DNA of 64,000 nt from a virus (Duplodnaviria > Heunggongvirae > Uroviricota > Caudoviricetes): IMG/VR virus record IMGVR_UViG_3300027260_000002; one strand, written 5' to 3'. Position 1 is the first letter of the stretch, and every line of letters starts with the position of its first letter. The translations under genes were made by a program, and so were the position numbers. The notes below the pieces were generated by a model, which did no database searches, was not told the origin of the DNA, and worked only from the letters and a program-made list of their open reading frames with translations. Shown here one piece after another: positions 1-8,626 of the stretch.

Positions 1-1552
1 CACCTACATAGCCGATAACATCGCCAGCATTAACTCGATCGCCTTTGCTATATCCCTTTAGTTTACTTAAGTGTGCGTACTTTGTTGTATATCCGTCGGC
101 ATGTTTTAGCTGTACAGCCATACCAAAACCTGCACTTCCGCCATCTCCACTTCTTCTTTCACTGTATACAACTTCACCGTCGGCTGTTGCGTAAATGGGA
201 GCTCCCATCGGAGCGAAGATATCCATACCTTGGTGGCGGCGTGTTCCGCCTGCTCTAGATTGCCCTAAACCTGGACCTGACCACTTACCGTTTGGAACAG
301 GATCTTTAAAGTTAGCAGCAAAATCTCCCATCGGTCCGCCAGACGGAGCTCCAACTCTTTCTACTCCCGTTGCAACGGGAGCTCCCGTTGCATTATTTCC
401 AGAAGATGGTTGGCTGCTCGAAGGTGATGAAGAAGTAGGAGAATAATTTGGCGCGCCTTCATCAGCAGGTGCAGATAAAAATCCAACTGCTCCGCCAATA
501 GCAGCACCAACTGGACCTGCTATTGCTCCTCCTACTGCAGCTCCAATAACCGTTCTTCCTAAACGAGCAGAGCCAGAACTCGGTTGTGATGGTGTAGCTT
601 GATTTGGCGTTGATTGTGTATTAACAACAGGCGTAGCATCTGCTTTATTCGGTTCGCTTGGCGCGACTTGAGCTGGAGCTTCTACAGTGTTCGGATCAGA
701 AGGTTGAAGATTTGACGATCCAGGTCCAGTTGGAAGAGATGCGGCTGAAGGCTTAGTAGAGCTAGTCGAAGAGCTGCCTGTAAAAGCATCGAGCCCATCA
801 GCAATAGTTCCAGCGACACCACTTACAAAATTCCAAACTCCTTTTACGCCATCGACAAGAGATTTAAATGCTTCTTGGACTGGTTCGAACTGCGCCGCTA
901 TTAGACCGCCTACAAGTAAAGCGGTAGCCATTGCCGCAGTATTATCTTTACTGGCGTCTTCGGTCTTTACTTCTTGTGCTGGAGATGCATCAGAAGGAGT
1001 TGCTTCGATAGCCATTTCTTTGGCCATCGATATATTTCTAGCAGCTATCTTTTTTTGATTATCAAGTTTCTGCTTCAGATAACCATCAATTGTAGCCAAC
1101 TTTTCTATCATCGTTACGATAGGAGAATTGATCTTAATATTGACCGGCATCTTCGCGCCGTCTGGTTTTTTGACATTCGATTTTGCGGCTTGTCCGATAG
1201 TACCCATTGCAGCGGTAATAGCAGGAGCAGCCGAAGCCTTTTCAGCTTCTAGTTTTTCTAAAACACCGTTGATAACTTTTTGAAGAGAATCGTTAACAGC
1301 ATCGCGAGTCTTCTTATTGATCCATTTTCCTTGATTAAGATCAAAAACATATTCTTCTCCTGCCAACGAAACAGGAGGTTTACTCGAGTCGATTCTGACT
1401 CTAAGTTTTTTATATTCGGTTGTCGATTCAGAAGTTAAAGAGTTGAGTAAAGTAAACAGTGATTCAGGTGCGCGCACCTTAGTTTTCTTATCTAACCAAC
1501 CTTCTGGCGTTTTAATGAAAGTCTGTCCGCCTATCGTGACTGGCTCTGCCAT
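1..1552 (-). CDS. Tape-measure/hub-associated virion protein with C-terminal M23 (LytM-like) peptidase domain; truncated by window edge
   Basis: Not in the ORF track because it runs off the edge. My translation from the ATG at 1552 (TAATG overlap with the upstream gene) stays open to base 2: MAEPVTIGGQTFIK..., a P/S/A-rich linker, then HQGMDIFAPMGAPIYATADGEVV...GMAVQLKHADGYTTKYAHLSK...GDRVNAGDVIGYVG. HxxxD is at 221-235 and YAHL at 68-79. The HxH motif would lie outside the window. Confidence 0.85.
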   Translation of the reverse strand, partial: MAEPVTIGGQTFIKTPEGWLDKKTKVRAPESLFTLLNSLTSESTTEYKKLRVRIDSSKPPVSLAGEEYVFDLNQGKWINKKTRDAVNDSLQKVINGVLEKLEAEKASAAPAITAAMGTIGQAAKSNVKKPDGAKMPVNIKINSPIVTMIEKLATIDGYLKQKLDNQKKIAARNISMAKEMAIEATPSDASPAQEVKTEDASKDNTAAMATALLVGGLIAAQFEPVQEAFKSLVDGVKGVWNFVSGVAGTIADGLDAFTGSSSTSSTKPSAASLPTGPGSSNLQPSDPNTVEAPAQVAPSEPNKADATPVVNTQSTPNQATPSQPSSGSARLGRTVIGAAVGGAIAGPVGAAIGGAVGFLSAPADEGAPNYSPTSSSPSSSQPSSGNNATGAPVATGVERVGAPSGGPMGDFAANFKDPVPNGKWSGPGLGQSRAGGTRRHQGMDIFAPMGAPIYATADGEVVYSERRSGDGGSAGFGMAVQLKHADGYTTKYAHLSKLKGYSKGDRVNAGDVIGYVG

Positions 1553-3843
1553 TATGCTGCCATTCTATATAGTTGTGATTTCACATAGTCGTCAGAACCG
1601 CCAGGATAGTTAGGATCAATACTTTCGAGTTTGCTATCGCTCGATGCGTTTCTTAGCGAGGCTTGAACAGAATTCGTTGGCATTTGATCAGCCGGATTGG
1701 ATTTAGGATTACCCATATCGATAGCCGATTGAATTTTTGCAGAAGCTTGCGCAATTTCTGAAACTTTCGTTGTATCTGCAGATATTGGTGTTGCAGGCAA
1801 ACTAGATGGAGGTCTTGGTGTCGAAGTAGAAGACATTGAGCTTAGAGATGCTGATGTACTTCGACCTGACATCGGACCGAGTCCAGCACTAATAATACTA
1901 CCTACAGATTCTATCAAACCTTTACCAAGATCCATGGCGCCTGCAGCCAATCCTGAACTACTGGCGCCTTGTGAATCATAAGATGAAGCAGCATATTTTC
2001 CACCAGTGTAATCGGACATCCATTTTGCTTGATATTCTTGTGGAGTCAGACCGTTATTTACTGCCAATGCCTTTGCAGATATTTTTCCTTGTATATTACC
2101 GGTATACCAGGCAAGAGGAACCTTCGAAACATCGCCTCCCGCTTTCTGTAATATCTCTTCGACATATTTTGCGGCAACAGCATCTTGAATAGGAGGAGGA
2201 GCGAGATAAGCACTACTATATTCTGTTCCTATTCCATACTTTTTAGTTAAACCTCGCCAAGAGCCGTTTGTAAATGCATAAGCACCAGATGCAGTTTGAC
2301 CCGGCATTCCAATAGGATGTGGAATACCATAGTTGCCTCCAGACTCTCGTGTTCTGATAGTAGCAAGGATCTTTTCTATATCTGCTGGAATTGTAGGAAG
2401 ATTTTGCATTTGTTCGGCAGAAGCTACAGGAGCACCAGCAATATTGCCTGAACCAATATTTGATGTGGCAGGAGAAGCATCGCTCGATGGTTTTGCAGAG
2501 TTTGCTGCATCTGCATCTTTACTAGCCGCTTCTTCATCTTGGAAATCCCACCATGCATCAAGTAAATCATACACCGTATAAAGCGCTAGTCCTACATTTA
2601 AAAGAGTCCATAGCAATCCTGGAATTGCGCCAACTCCAGTTGCGGTAACAGCGAGTCCAGCAAATACTCTTGCAAGCAAAGGCATTACTTTCTTGACAAT
2701 ATATGTTTTACCGAAGCGTTTAGATAGGAAAGCTACGAATTTTCTTCCTTTTGGGCCAGATAACCAACCTCCACCAGCTGAAGATGCTGCCTTATTTGCA
2801 ACTTTACCAGTAACAGGATCTTTAAATCCTAATCTTCCACCAGATGACGCAAGACTTGGTGCCGCCCGGGTAGAAGCCATCTTTGACATTCTGCCAGTGA
2901 CATCTTTGTATGTCTTAACCCCGCGCATAGCACCATAACCAGCAACTATTCCACCCATGGCATAGTCGAAACCGGTATTTGGTTCTCTTGCAGTAGCAGC
3001 AGTAGCATCAGTAGGAGTTCCTCCTCCAATGCCAAGAGAACTAAGTAAAGTATCGCCTATGCTAGAGCCAGTTAATCTCTTCGCCATCCAGTCGACTACA
3101 ACGCCAATAACTGCTCCGCGCCATCCGCCTATAAGATATCCGGCAGCGCCTCCAACACCGGTGATAGCCGAAGCAAAATCAGTTAACCAAGCATACTTTT
3201 CGGTGAATGCACTCCAACTTGTTTTTAATCGAGCAAGTTCGGTGTCTCCCATTCCAGCCAAACCTAATGCACCAAGTGCTGCCAGTCCAGTGGCGCCAAG
3301 AATCACCTTCGTAATATCACCTGCACGACTCTTCATCGTGCTATCTTCACCAGTTTTTAGAAGCCCGCCAAATTTATCTGAAAGTTTGGTGAAAACGCCT
3401 GTCTTCTTGTTTTCAATCGAAGACTCACGTTCTGCTTGAACTTGTTGATTAAAAGCTTGGCTCTCGAATTTGAGTTGATCTTGAAGAGTCTTATCGATAG
3501 ACGAGAGATAGTTAACTGCTACGACCAACAACTTTTCTGTAGGCATATTGGCATTGACAGTTGGTCGAGCAGATTTCTTTGGAGCAGGAAGAGTTCCAGA
3601 TCCTGTTATCTTCTTCTTTCCTGCTTCGCCTGCTATACCAACATTATTGACAATCACTTTTGGTGCTGGAGTTACTGCTCCGCCGACCGCAGAACCAATG
3701 CCTTGAGCGATACCACCGATTGCAGATCCTGCTCCTTGTGCTATTCCTCCGACTGCAGAACCGATTCCTTTAATAGCACCACCCAGCGCGTTGCCGAATA
3801 GGCCACCTCCTAAGAATACTGCTCGTCCAATTGCAGGAAGCAT
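1552..3843 (-). CDS. Tape-measure-like / baseplate-hub protein with lysozyme-like (lytic transglycosylase, Rpf-like) domain
   Basis: 763 aa with G/A-rich helical and hydrophobic stretches. Domain at ~2098-2385: ILATIRTRESGGNY...TASGAYAFTNGSW...AYLAPPPIQDAVA...AWYTG, matching the E-S-G-G-N-Y / GAYQF / APP.QD transglycosylase pattern. Lies downstream of gp26/gp51-like genes. Confidence 0.7.
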   Translation of the reverse strand: MLPAIGRAVFLGGGLFGNALGGAIKGIGSAVGGIAQGAGSAIGGIAQGIGSAVGGAVTPAPKVIVNNVGIAGEAGKKKITGSGTLPAPKKSARPTVNANMPTEKLLVVAVNYLSSIDKTLQDQLKFESQAFNQQVQAERESSIENKKTGVFTKLSDKFGGLLKTGEDSTMKSRAGDITKVILGATGLAALGALGLAGMGDTELARLKTSWSAFTEKYAWLTDFASAITGVGGAAGYLIGGWRGAVIGVVVDWMAKRLTGSSIGDTLLSSLGIGGGTPTDATAATAREPNTGFDYAMGGIVAGYGAMRGVKTYKDVTGRMSKMASTRAAPSLASSGGRLGFKDPVTGKVANKAASSAGGGWLSGPKGRKFVAFLSKRFGKTYIVKKVMPLLARVFAGLAVTATGVGAIPGLLWTLLNVGLALYTVYDLLDAWWDFQDEEAASKDADAANSAKPSSDASPATSNIGSGNIAGAPVASAEQMQNLPTIPADIEKILATIRTRESGGNYGIPHPIGMPGQTASGAYAFTNGSWRGLTKKYGIGTEYSSAYLAPPPIQDAVAAKYVEEILQKAGGDVSKVPLAWYTGNIQGKISAKALAVNNGLTPQEYQAKWMSDYTGGKYAASSYDSQGASSSGLAAGAMDLGKGLIESVGSIISAGLGPMSGRSTSASLSSMSSTSTPRPPSSLPATPISADTTKVSEIAQASAKIQSAIDMGNPKSNPADQMPTNSVQASLRNASSDSKLESIDPNYPGGSDDYVKSQLYRMAA

Positions 3844-4022
3844 TATTTTCTACTCTCTATCTCTCGTTTCTGATCTTCAAGGTAACCCATCAACATATCC
3901 ACATATATGTCTCTTTCGTACGGTATCAAATTCTCGACCTCTGTGATCGAATACTTATGATGTTGTGCTAATGCAAAAATCATACTATAGTAATTAGTTA
4001 ACGAAGTATGACTTAGCGCCAC
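3843..4022 (-). CDS. gp51: gp51-like baseplate hub assembly protein (small ORF missed by the track; possibly a -1 frameshift extension of gp26)
   Basis: Translation from GTG 4022: VALSHTSLTNYYSMIFALAQHHKYSITEVENLIPYERDIYVDMLMGYLEDQKREIESRK*. Matches the NYY..NFAL.QHHKYS..E.EN.IP.ER.IY pattern of gp51-like proteins in non-enteric T4-like phages. Ends in a TAATG overlap with the next gene. Confidence 0.8.
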   Translation of the reverse strand: MALSHTSLTNYYSMIFALAQHHKYSITEVENLIPYERDIYVDMLMGYLEDQKREIESRK

Positions 4023-4723
4023 ATAAAAAAATCTTTGAGATTATTTAACTCGATACTCCTATCGTTACCCTCTTCGTTCGTATACTCGATCTTATGATAC
4101 AGCTTAGGCATCTTTTCAAAGAACTCACGAATCTTTTCGAATGAAGTAACTGGTAATTGATCGATGAATTCTTCTAGCTCTGCGCTCGAATAGTCAGATG
4201 CTGGAAAGATTTCTTCTGGAGTCAAGATAGTATCGATGCAGTTGACGATAAAGAATGTCATGAGATCAATTTCATTTTCAAACTGCTGAAGCTTATCAGT
4301 GATGCTAGCACTTGGATACTTCATGATCATGGAAATTCCATCGGCTACATCAATAGTAGCATCGATATCTGTTGGCATCTCAACTTCAATAGTATCAAGA
4401 TCCAATTCAAAGTTATAGATCTTGCCATCTTCGTTATCACGATATGATAGTTTAACTACGTTGTTGACCGAGCGCGCTCTTAGTTTCAAAAACAAGTATT
4501 CAAGATCGAATGTAGTAAGATCATCGACATCAAAGTCTTCGTCTTGAACACATAAATTCAAGATTTGCTTGATGGCACGAATCACTTCAGTATCTTCTCC
4601 ACCTTGCTGAGAGATCAACAATATCTTCTCTTCCTTAACGAGGAAGGGACGAAACATTATCTTCTTTCCGTTTGATGGGACGATCACGTCAAATAGGGGT
4701 TGATCAATTTTTGGTAAAGGCAT
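4013..4723 (-). CDS. gp26: Baseplate hub assembly protein gp26
   Basis: MPLPKIDQP...PSNGKKIMFRPFLVKEEKILL...TFDLEYLFLKLRARSV...IEL..LKDFF, a typical gp26 signature. Confidence 0.9.
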   Translation of the reverse strand: MPLPKIDQPLFDVIVPSNGKKIMFRPFLVKEEKILLISQQGGEDTEVIRAIKQILNLCVQDEDFDVDDLTTFDLEYLFLKLRARSVNNVVKLSYRDNEDGKIYNFELDLDTIEVEMPTDIDATIDVADGISMIMKYPSASITDKLQQFENEIDLMTFFIVNCIDTILTPEEIFPASDYSSAELEEFIDQLPVTSFEKIREFFEKMPKLYHKIEYTNEEGNDRSIELNNLKDFFMWR

Positions 4724-4751
4724 TATATTCTCCTGGATTATAAATTATCTA

Positions 4752-6257
4752 TTAAGCTGGAATAGTAAAAGGCACGCCGCTTGGTAAGCGGTCTGTAGGT
4801 GCTCGAACTGTGGATGTAGAATTAGTATTCGTAGGTGCTGTGTCAGGCGGCGCGCCTAACGTGCTCGGCGGTTTATTTCCTCCTCCTATGATCAAAGGTT
4901 GCAACGACTGATCAGAAGGAAGAGAATCTAAAATAGAAGCTATATTTGTTTCTGAAAGTGGCAGATCTCCAAAATTTGATATCGCAATTGGCTCATAATT
5001 TAGCATTTCAGAAACTGGAATGAAAGAATCATTGTCAAAGTTGCTTTCCTTTGATCGAATTCGAACATCAGTAAATGAGAACGTTACGTTTAACTTCATC
5101 AATGAATTCTCTTCACTCCATGAAAGATTCATACTTTGAATACCAGTCGGGAATACGTCATAGATGTTATATTCTAATACTGTATTTTGAGCACGATCGT
5201 ATACAAAAACGTTTACAGAAGGACAAGCATAAGTGTCCTTATAAGCGACTTCGTAAGGTCTTTTATTATCTCCGACTACGTTGTTCATATTCGCACCGCC
5301 AAAAGAATCACGATTCACGATAAGATTCATCCACGATTCGAAGAAATCGATGATAGATGCTTGTTTGTCGACAATAAACTGGAGAGTAAAGTCGCCTACA
5401 TTGACGCCATAAGCAACGTTTTCTACAGGACCAAAGCCATATCTTCTGACGTTCTGTTCTTGTAGTAAGTTGATCGTAGGAAGAATAGCATTGTCACATC
5501 TCATCGTCAAATCAGGAAAAATCTCATTACGAATAGCTTTCAATGGAACCCAGTCCATTGGAGAGAATACTACTAAGAAACTGTGAGTGCTTAATACACC
5601 ATCATAGCCAACTACTTTCGATCTAAAACTGTTGATATCAAATCTACCAGCAGAAAATCGATTGTTGCTGAATGTTCGATCTTCTGTAGTATTTTGCCCT
5701 TCGAATGGATTATTTTTATCGAAATCTGTTGCAGCTCTATCTTTATCTTTAAATGCGGTAGGATTCTTTAAGAAGTCAGGTTCAGCAGCAGTCGACGTGC
5801 CTTGTTTTCCAGATCCTGTGCCCTGTTTTCCAGATCCATTTGTTGGAACCGACCCGCGGTTTGATCCTGAAGTGTTGGTTCCTGTTGGTTTTCCTTCATT
5901 TCTAACGTCGCGCGCGATACGAGCATTAACAAATGCTTTTCGATTGCGCTCAATTTGTGCATCAGTTTCAGCTCGCTCTTGATTTTCTCCACGGACAGTT
6001 CCAGCAAGTCCGCGTGTTTTATCCGCAGCGCGTTGTGATTTTAGAGTAGCTATACCTGCCGGGGATTGTTGCCACACTTCAAAAGCTTCATTGGCAGCTT
6101 TACCATATTTTTTTCGTTGTCTATCGGCTTCAGCTTTACGTGCACGATCTTCAGCTGCTTTCTTCTCGATAGCTGCCTTCCTAGCAGCTGCGGCTTTAGC
6201 AGCATCAGCAGCTTCCGAAGCTCGAAGTCTTTTCTGAATCTCTGCGTTGGTTGACAT
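4752..6257 (-). CDS. Tail tube initiator, gp54-like (tube-fold), with long charged N-terminal extension
   Basis: The C-terminal part has tube-family motifs (MRCDNAILP, GDFTLQFIVD, FFESWMNLI, YDVFPTGIQSMNLSW, LNVTFSF). The first ~195 aa are K/R/A/G-rich and low in complexity. Confidence 0.7.
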   Translation of the reverse strand: MSTNAEIQKRLRASEAADAAKAAAARKAAIEKKAAEDRARKAEADRQRKKYGKAANEAFEVWQQSPAGIATLKSQRAADKTRGLAGTVRGENQERAETDAQIERNRKAFVNARIARDVRNEGKPTGTNTSGSNRGSVPTNGSGKQGTGSGKQGTSTAAEPDFLKNPTAFKDKDRAATDFDKNNPFEGQNTTEDRTFSNNRFSAGRFDINSFRSKVVGYDGVLSTHSFLVVFSPMDWVPLKAIRNEIFPDLTMRCDNAILPTINLLQEQNVRRYGFGPVENVAYGVNVGDFTLQFIVDKQASIIDFFESWMNLIVNRDSFGGANMNNVVGDNKRPYEVAYKDTYACPSVNVFVYDRAQNTVLEYNIYDVFPTGIQSMNLSWSEENSLMKLNVTFSFTDVRIRSKESNFDNDSFIPVSEMLNYEPIAISNFGDLPLSETNIASILDSLPSDQSLQPLIIGGGNKPPSTLGAPPDTAPTNTNSTSTVRAPTDRLPSGVPFTIPA

Positions 6258-6856
6258 TACTTAGTAACTCCTAGCATTCTTTTCGTGTCCATCCAAACTT
6301 GATTCTTTCTTGCTTTGACGAAACGTTCTGTTGGTAAGAAGAGCGCGATATCCCATTCCGATGGATAAACGTACATAAATTTTGATTGCACGTGTGAAGT
6401 CAAGTAGTGTTTAATGCATGGAGCATACCATCTTAGCTTTGCGGCCTGTGTCATGAGTTCGTAGCTGAGTTTAAGCTTTGTGGACTCGTCGTAACGAGTA
6501 TTGTTTGCAAAGTCATATAGACCGTCCATCAACTTCGCTCTGAGTTGCAACGGCAAGTAGTGTAAGTTGAGTCCCATAAATCCGCCTTTGACTTTCTTAT
6601 ATGGAAAGATCAGAGGAAATCTATCGTAGTATGGAAGCTCTTCTTTATGTTTCGGATCATAGTAGAACATGTACATCGAGCCGAGCAGAGGCTGAGTAGT
6701 CATACGACTTACGTCGCCCTTCATCATCTCACGCTCATTGATACGATTCATTTTACCGGCAGTATCTCTGAACCACTCACGCGCAGAGTTCGTGCGCGCA
6801 GGAATCTGTCCTGAACGAACACCTTGTGTGATGATAGTATCAAATACAATTGCCAT
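6257..6856 (-). CDS. gp2: DNA end protector protein gp2
   Basis: GSMYMFYYDPKHK..LPYYDRFPLIF...GFMGLNLHYLP...IKHYL..HV.S.F...EWDIALFLPTE. Confidence 0.92.
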   Translation of the reverse strand: MAIVFDTIITQGVRSGQIPARTNSAREWFRDTAGKMNRINEREMMKGDVSRMTTQPLLGSMYMFYYDPKHKEELPYYDRFPLIFPYKKVKGGFMGLNLHYLPLQLRAKLMDGLYDFANNTRYDESTKLKLSYELMTQAAKLRWYAPCIKHYLTSHVQSKFMYVYPSEWDIALFLPTERFVKARKNQVWMDTKRMLGVTK

Positions 6857-7296
6857 TAAAACTTAATTCCTAGTTCTTTTTCGGTGAGTATCTCGAACTT
6901 CCAAGCGCGGTCGTTGCAGTATATTGCAGCTGCTCTCCACTTGGCTTCGTTGACACCCCATGTCATGACTTCATTAATATAACGCTTATTAGGCTTATTT
7001 ATCACCACTGGAGGCCGCGTCTGCGCATGAGGTTTTATTTCAACCACTACAGTATCGATCTTGCCTTCTGGTGTTTTCTTCTTGACAATGAAGTCTGGAA
7101 AGTATCGATGTACTCGATTGTCGATAGGTGAGCGATACGGAATGACGAGTTCTTCACTCCCCCATTGCACGACGTTAGGATGCGAATCTAAGTACATCAT
7201 GAACTTTAATTCCCATTGACTACGATATACGATATTGTTCGAATCCCCAAGATACTTCTTTGTATTCTTTGGTCGAAACTTTCCCTGATAAGCCAT
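6856..7296 (-). CDS. gp4: Head completion protein gp4 (TnsA-like nuclease fold)
   Basis: MAYQGKFRPKN..KY.GD..NIVYRSQWELKFM.YLD..PNV..WGSEE..IPY.SP.D...HRYFPDF...VEIKP. Confidence 0.93.
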   Translation of the reverse strand: MAYQGKFRPKNTKKYLGDSNNIVYRSQWELKFMMYLDSHPNVVQWGSEELVIPYRSPIDNRVHRYFPDFIVKKKTPEGKIDTVVVEIKPHAQTRPPVVINKPNKRYINEVMTWGVNEAKWRAAAIYCNDRAWKFEILTEKELGIKF

Positions 7297-7301
7297 GAAT
7301 C

Positions 7302-7313
7302 TATTTATAAATA
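7302..7313. promoter_or_regulatory. Bidirectional T4-type late promoter (overlapping TATAAATA on both strands)
   Basis: Perfect palindrome TATTTATAAATA between divergent gp4 (-) and gp48 (+). Confidence 0.85.
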
Positions 7314-7343
7314 AGATTGAAGACTTATAACCTGAGAGAAAAC

Positions 7344-8624
7344 ATGGCCTCGAGAGATAACAAACTAGTAAACCTAGACGGTTTTAAGAGAGATGTTGGC
7401 GGACTTGCAAACAGACTCGCAAAAAAGATTACGAATAAAATCGAAGATAAACTCGAGAACGCAGTCGAGGATCTCTTTGCTAAGGCTCTGAAAAAGATTG
7501 GTCTTTCAGATTCGATTGCTGCTGAACTCTCTGCTCGTTTCGGCGATGCTTTGACTTCTGGCCTCGAAGACAAGTATTTTCAGACATTTACCAGCGAGAT
7601 GAAGCGTGCTTCATGTGCTGATATTCGTAATAATTTTAATCCTAATACTGGTAATATTATTGGAGCGTCTGCTGCCGCGGAAACATATGTCGATGCTATT
7701 CAGCGTGCTTCAAATAAAGTTAGTATAGACGGTCTGCCTACTTTACAGTTTCCTAATCATATCAGTGATCGTTACTATATGGCGTTTAAGTTTAAGCAGT
7801 ATCAACGCCCTGCGCCAGAAACCAAAGGTACTTTGAAATTCGTTCAAGCTTTTGCTCTTCCTCTCCCAAAAGGAATCAGAGAAAGTTTCGAGATCTCAAT
7901 CGATCAAGAATCGACGGGCATGGCCGGAGGCGTGGCGGATGCCATACAGAAAGCGCTCGTTCCAGGTGCAAATAAAGCACAAGTTGCAAAAGAAGCTGCA
8001 ATCGCACTGATCTATAGTAAAGCTGTTCAGGCAACAGGAGATATCGGTAGCACTATTGGTCAGGTTACTGGAGCAGTTCCGAATCCTCACGTTCAAGCAC
8101 TGTTTAGTGGTGTTCCGCTTCGTCAACATCGATTTGAATGGACTTTCGCGCCGAGAAATCCGAGCGAGAGCCAACAACTTATGGATATTCTGAAGGCCAT
8201 GAAGGCTTTCTCTCTTCCAGCATTCAGTAGTCTTGGAACTCAAGTTCTAGCTTATCCGTTCCTATGTCAACCAGAAATGATCATTGGAAAAAATAAAGAA
8301 ATGATCATGTTTTCTCCGTGCCTTATTCAGTCGGTAGAGATCAACTATTCTCCACAGGGCTTGCCTTCATTTTTTGAAGGAACACATCATCCATCATTTA
8401 TCGAAGTTTCAATTTCGATGCTTGAAACAGAAATGCAAACAGCAGATCGCTATGGTCGTAAAGGCGGAGACAATATACAACCAATGTGGGACAAGTTAAT
8501 CGATGGTCTTGAAAAAGGTTCAGGTTTAGATCTAAGAGCTGGAGCAAAAGAGTTCTCAGATTCGGTTATAAAAGGAATACAACCTTCAACTAAAGCCGAA
8601 ACTCCGGCGAAGACAGGAACATAA
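7344..8624 (+). CDS. gp48: Baseplate tail-tube cap gp48-like
   Basis: FALPLPKGI..., PNPHVQALFSGVPLRQHRFEWTFAPRNPSES, LAYP, CLIQSVEINYSP. The ATG at 7344 is more plausible than the track start at 7317, which abuts the promoter. Confidence 0.8.
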   Translation: MASRDNKLVNLDGFKRDVGGLANRLAKKITNKIEDKLENAVEDLFAKALKKIGLSDSIAAELSARFGDALTSGLEDKYFQTFTSEMKRASCADIRNNFNPNTGNIIGASAAAETYVDAIQRASNKVSIDGLPTLQFPNHISDRYYMAFKFKQYQRPAPETKGTLKFVQAFALPLPKGIRESFEISIDQESTGMAGGVADAIQKALVPGANKAQVAKEAAIALIYSKAVQATGDIGSTIGQVTGAVPNPHVQALFSGVPLRQHRFEWTFAPRNPSESQQLMDILKAMKAFSLPAFSSLGTQVLAYPFLCQPEMIIGKNKEMIMFSPCLIQSVEINYSPQGLPSFFEGTHHPSFIEVSISMLETEMQTADRYGRKGGDNIQPMWDKLIDGLEKGSGLDLRAGAKEFSDSVIKGIQPSTKAETPAKTGT

Positions 8625-8626
8625 AG

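Noticed and set aside
73-3801. Plus-strand ORFs in the track (73-258, 195-446, 974-1252, 3029-3439, 3436-3801 etc.)
   Set aside because: They are antisense shadows of long minus-strand genes with recognisable domains. The same applies to the many short antisense or alternate-frame ORFs over structural genes throughout the window.
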